From Octopus sinensis (lineage: Eukaryota), in assembly GCF_006345805.1 (NCBI RefSeq), contig NW_021828880.1, positions 1-7,525 on the forward strand: a DNA stretch of 7,525 nt, written 5' to 3'. The position numbers and the translations under genes are program-made. Below the pieces are notes generated by a model, which made no database searches, had not been told where the DNA came from, and saw only the letters and a program-made list of their open reading frames with translations. Within the stretch, counting starts at the first letter, position 1, and each line of letters begins with the position of its first letter. Below, one piece after another: positions 6,455-7,525 of the stretch.

Positions 6455-6925
6455 CTAGCAGTATCGCCCAGCGTTGCTCAGGTTTGTAAGGGAAATAACT
6501 ATATAAGCATTTTTAGAGAGTTACTTCCCTTATAGATGCCAATTCGGGCTTTCTTAGCCATTTCTGTTTTGGTGTCTTGAAGCCATGAAGTCGTTGTTCT
6601 AAAAGAACGCTGGTCTCCTTGACAACGCTTTACGACGTTGATTTCCTTACACTCCCTTCCCCACAGCTTCACGAGGGAGGGAAGAAGGGGGAGAAGCAAA
6701 CAGGTGCAGGTGTGACCATGGACGCCAACTCCGCCGCCATCGACACACGAAAAAATTGGAAGAACCCCAAAAAATATGCTTTAAAATGGAAAAAAGTTAT
6801 GGTAAATTATTTTTAAAATGGTAGACTCATCGTAGACGCGTGCTAATACCCAGAAGGGCTCGATATTAATCACGACTATAAGATACCCGCTTTTGGTTAA
6901 ACTGCACTACAGTTTTATATATATA
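6455..6925 (-). mobile_element. Non-autonomous Helitron, array unit 3
   Basis: CTAG at 6455-6458 with degenerate hairpin. Carries a 210-bp cassette at 6541-6750. Lacks roughly 60 bp near its 5' end (jumps from ACTGCAC to TACAGTTTT). Confidence 0.85.
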
Positions 6926-7428
6926 CTAGCAGTATCGCCCGGCGTTGCTCGGGTTTGTAAGGGAAATAACTATATAAGCATTTTTAGAGAGTTACTTCCC
7001 TTATAAATTCGGGCTTTCTTAGCCATTTCTGTTTTGGTGTCTTCAAGCCATGAAGTCGTTGTTCTAAAAGAACGCTGGTTTCATTCACAATGCATTACGA
7101 CGTTGATTTCTTTACACTCCCTTCCCCACAGCTTCACGAGGGAGGGAAGAGGGGGAGAAGCAAACAGGTGCAGCTGTGAGCGTGGACGCCAACTCCGCCG
7201 CCATCGACATACGATGCATTTTATGCATTAAAATGGAATAAAAAATGATGTTAAATTATTTTTAAAATCGTAGACTCATCGTTGACGCGCGCTAATAGTC
7301 AGACGGGCTCGATATGAATCACTATAAGACCCGAATTTGGTTAAACTGCACCGCAAAATGTGGGAGGAGTTAGGAATCTAAATCGAAGGGGACAGACACT
7401 CACACAACTAGAGTTTTATATATATAGA
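6926..7428 (-). mobile_element. Non-autonomous Helitron, array unit 4
   Basis: CTAG at 6926-6929 with intact hairpin. 209-bp cassette at 7006-7214. Canonical 5' end A^TCTATATATATAAAA at 7428 on the minus strand. Confidence 0.88.
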
Positions 7429-7525
7429 TATAATTATAACAATAAGGGTTTAGCAACAAGTTGCTTGACCACATACAGAAATTTGTGCTAGATATAAGCC
7501 ATTTTGGGGCTAGAAATAAAGGGGG

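Noticed and set aside
6499-6699. 66-aa ORF in the Helitron cassette as a functional captured gene
   Set aside because: The equivalent frame in unit 4 is interrupted by a TGA, and I recognise no domain. Only the capture hypothesis is retained, not coding function.
7452-7465. AGCAAC-AA-GTTGCT hairpin beyond the Helitron array
   Set aside because: A single 6-bp stem is expected by chance, and there is no supporting context before the window ends.

Overview
Eukaryotic, almost entirely transposon-derived DNA with no intact host gene. The SINE families resemble those I recall from octopus/coleoid cephalopod genomes; that taxon call is inference. From left to right the window holds: (1) two inverted 3' ends of a CR1-like LINE; (2) three tRNA-derived SINE families, called A, B and C here, one copy with a 12-bp target-site duplication (TSD) and an A21 tail; (3) a Helitron 5' fragment; (4) a cryptic Penelope-like coding remnant; (5) a 5'-truncated, frameshifted RTE-clade LINE (3385-5287, minus) inserted into the TA microsatellite of a SINE; (6) a head-to-tail array of four non-autonomous Helitrons (5663-7428, minus) with swappable internal modules. 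The RTE has a C4HC3 PHD-like zinc finger inside its reverse transcriptase (RT) region and an 11-unit, double-hairpin, A/B-alternating 61-bp tandem array in its 3' UTR. Nearly all ORFs in the supplied track are by-products of these repeats. The only protein-derived segments I can support are LINE ORF2 remnants, two of which the track misses.
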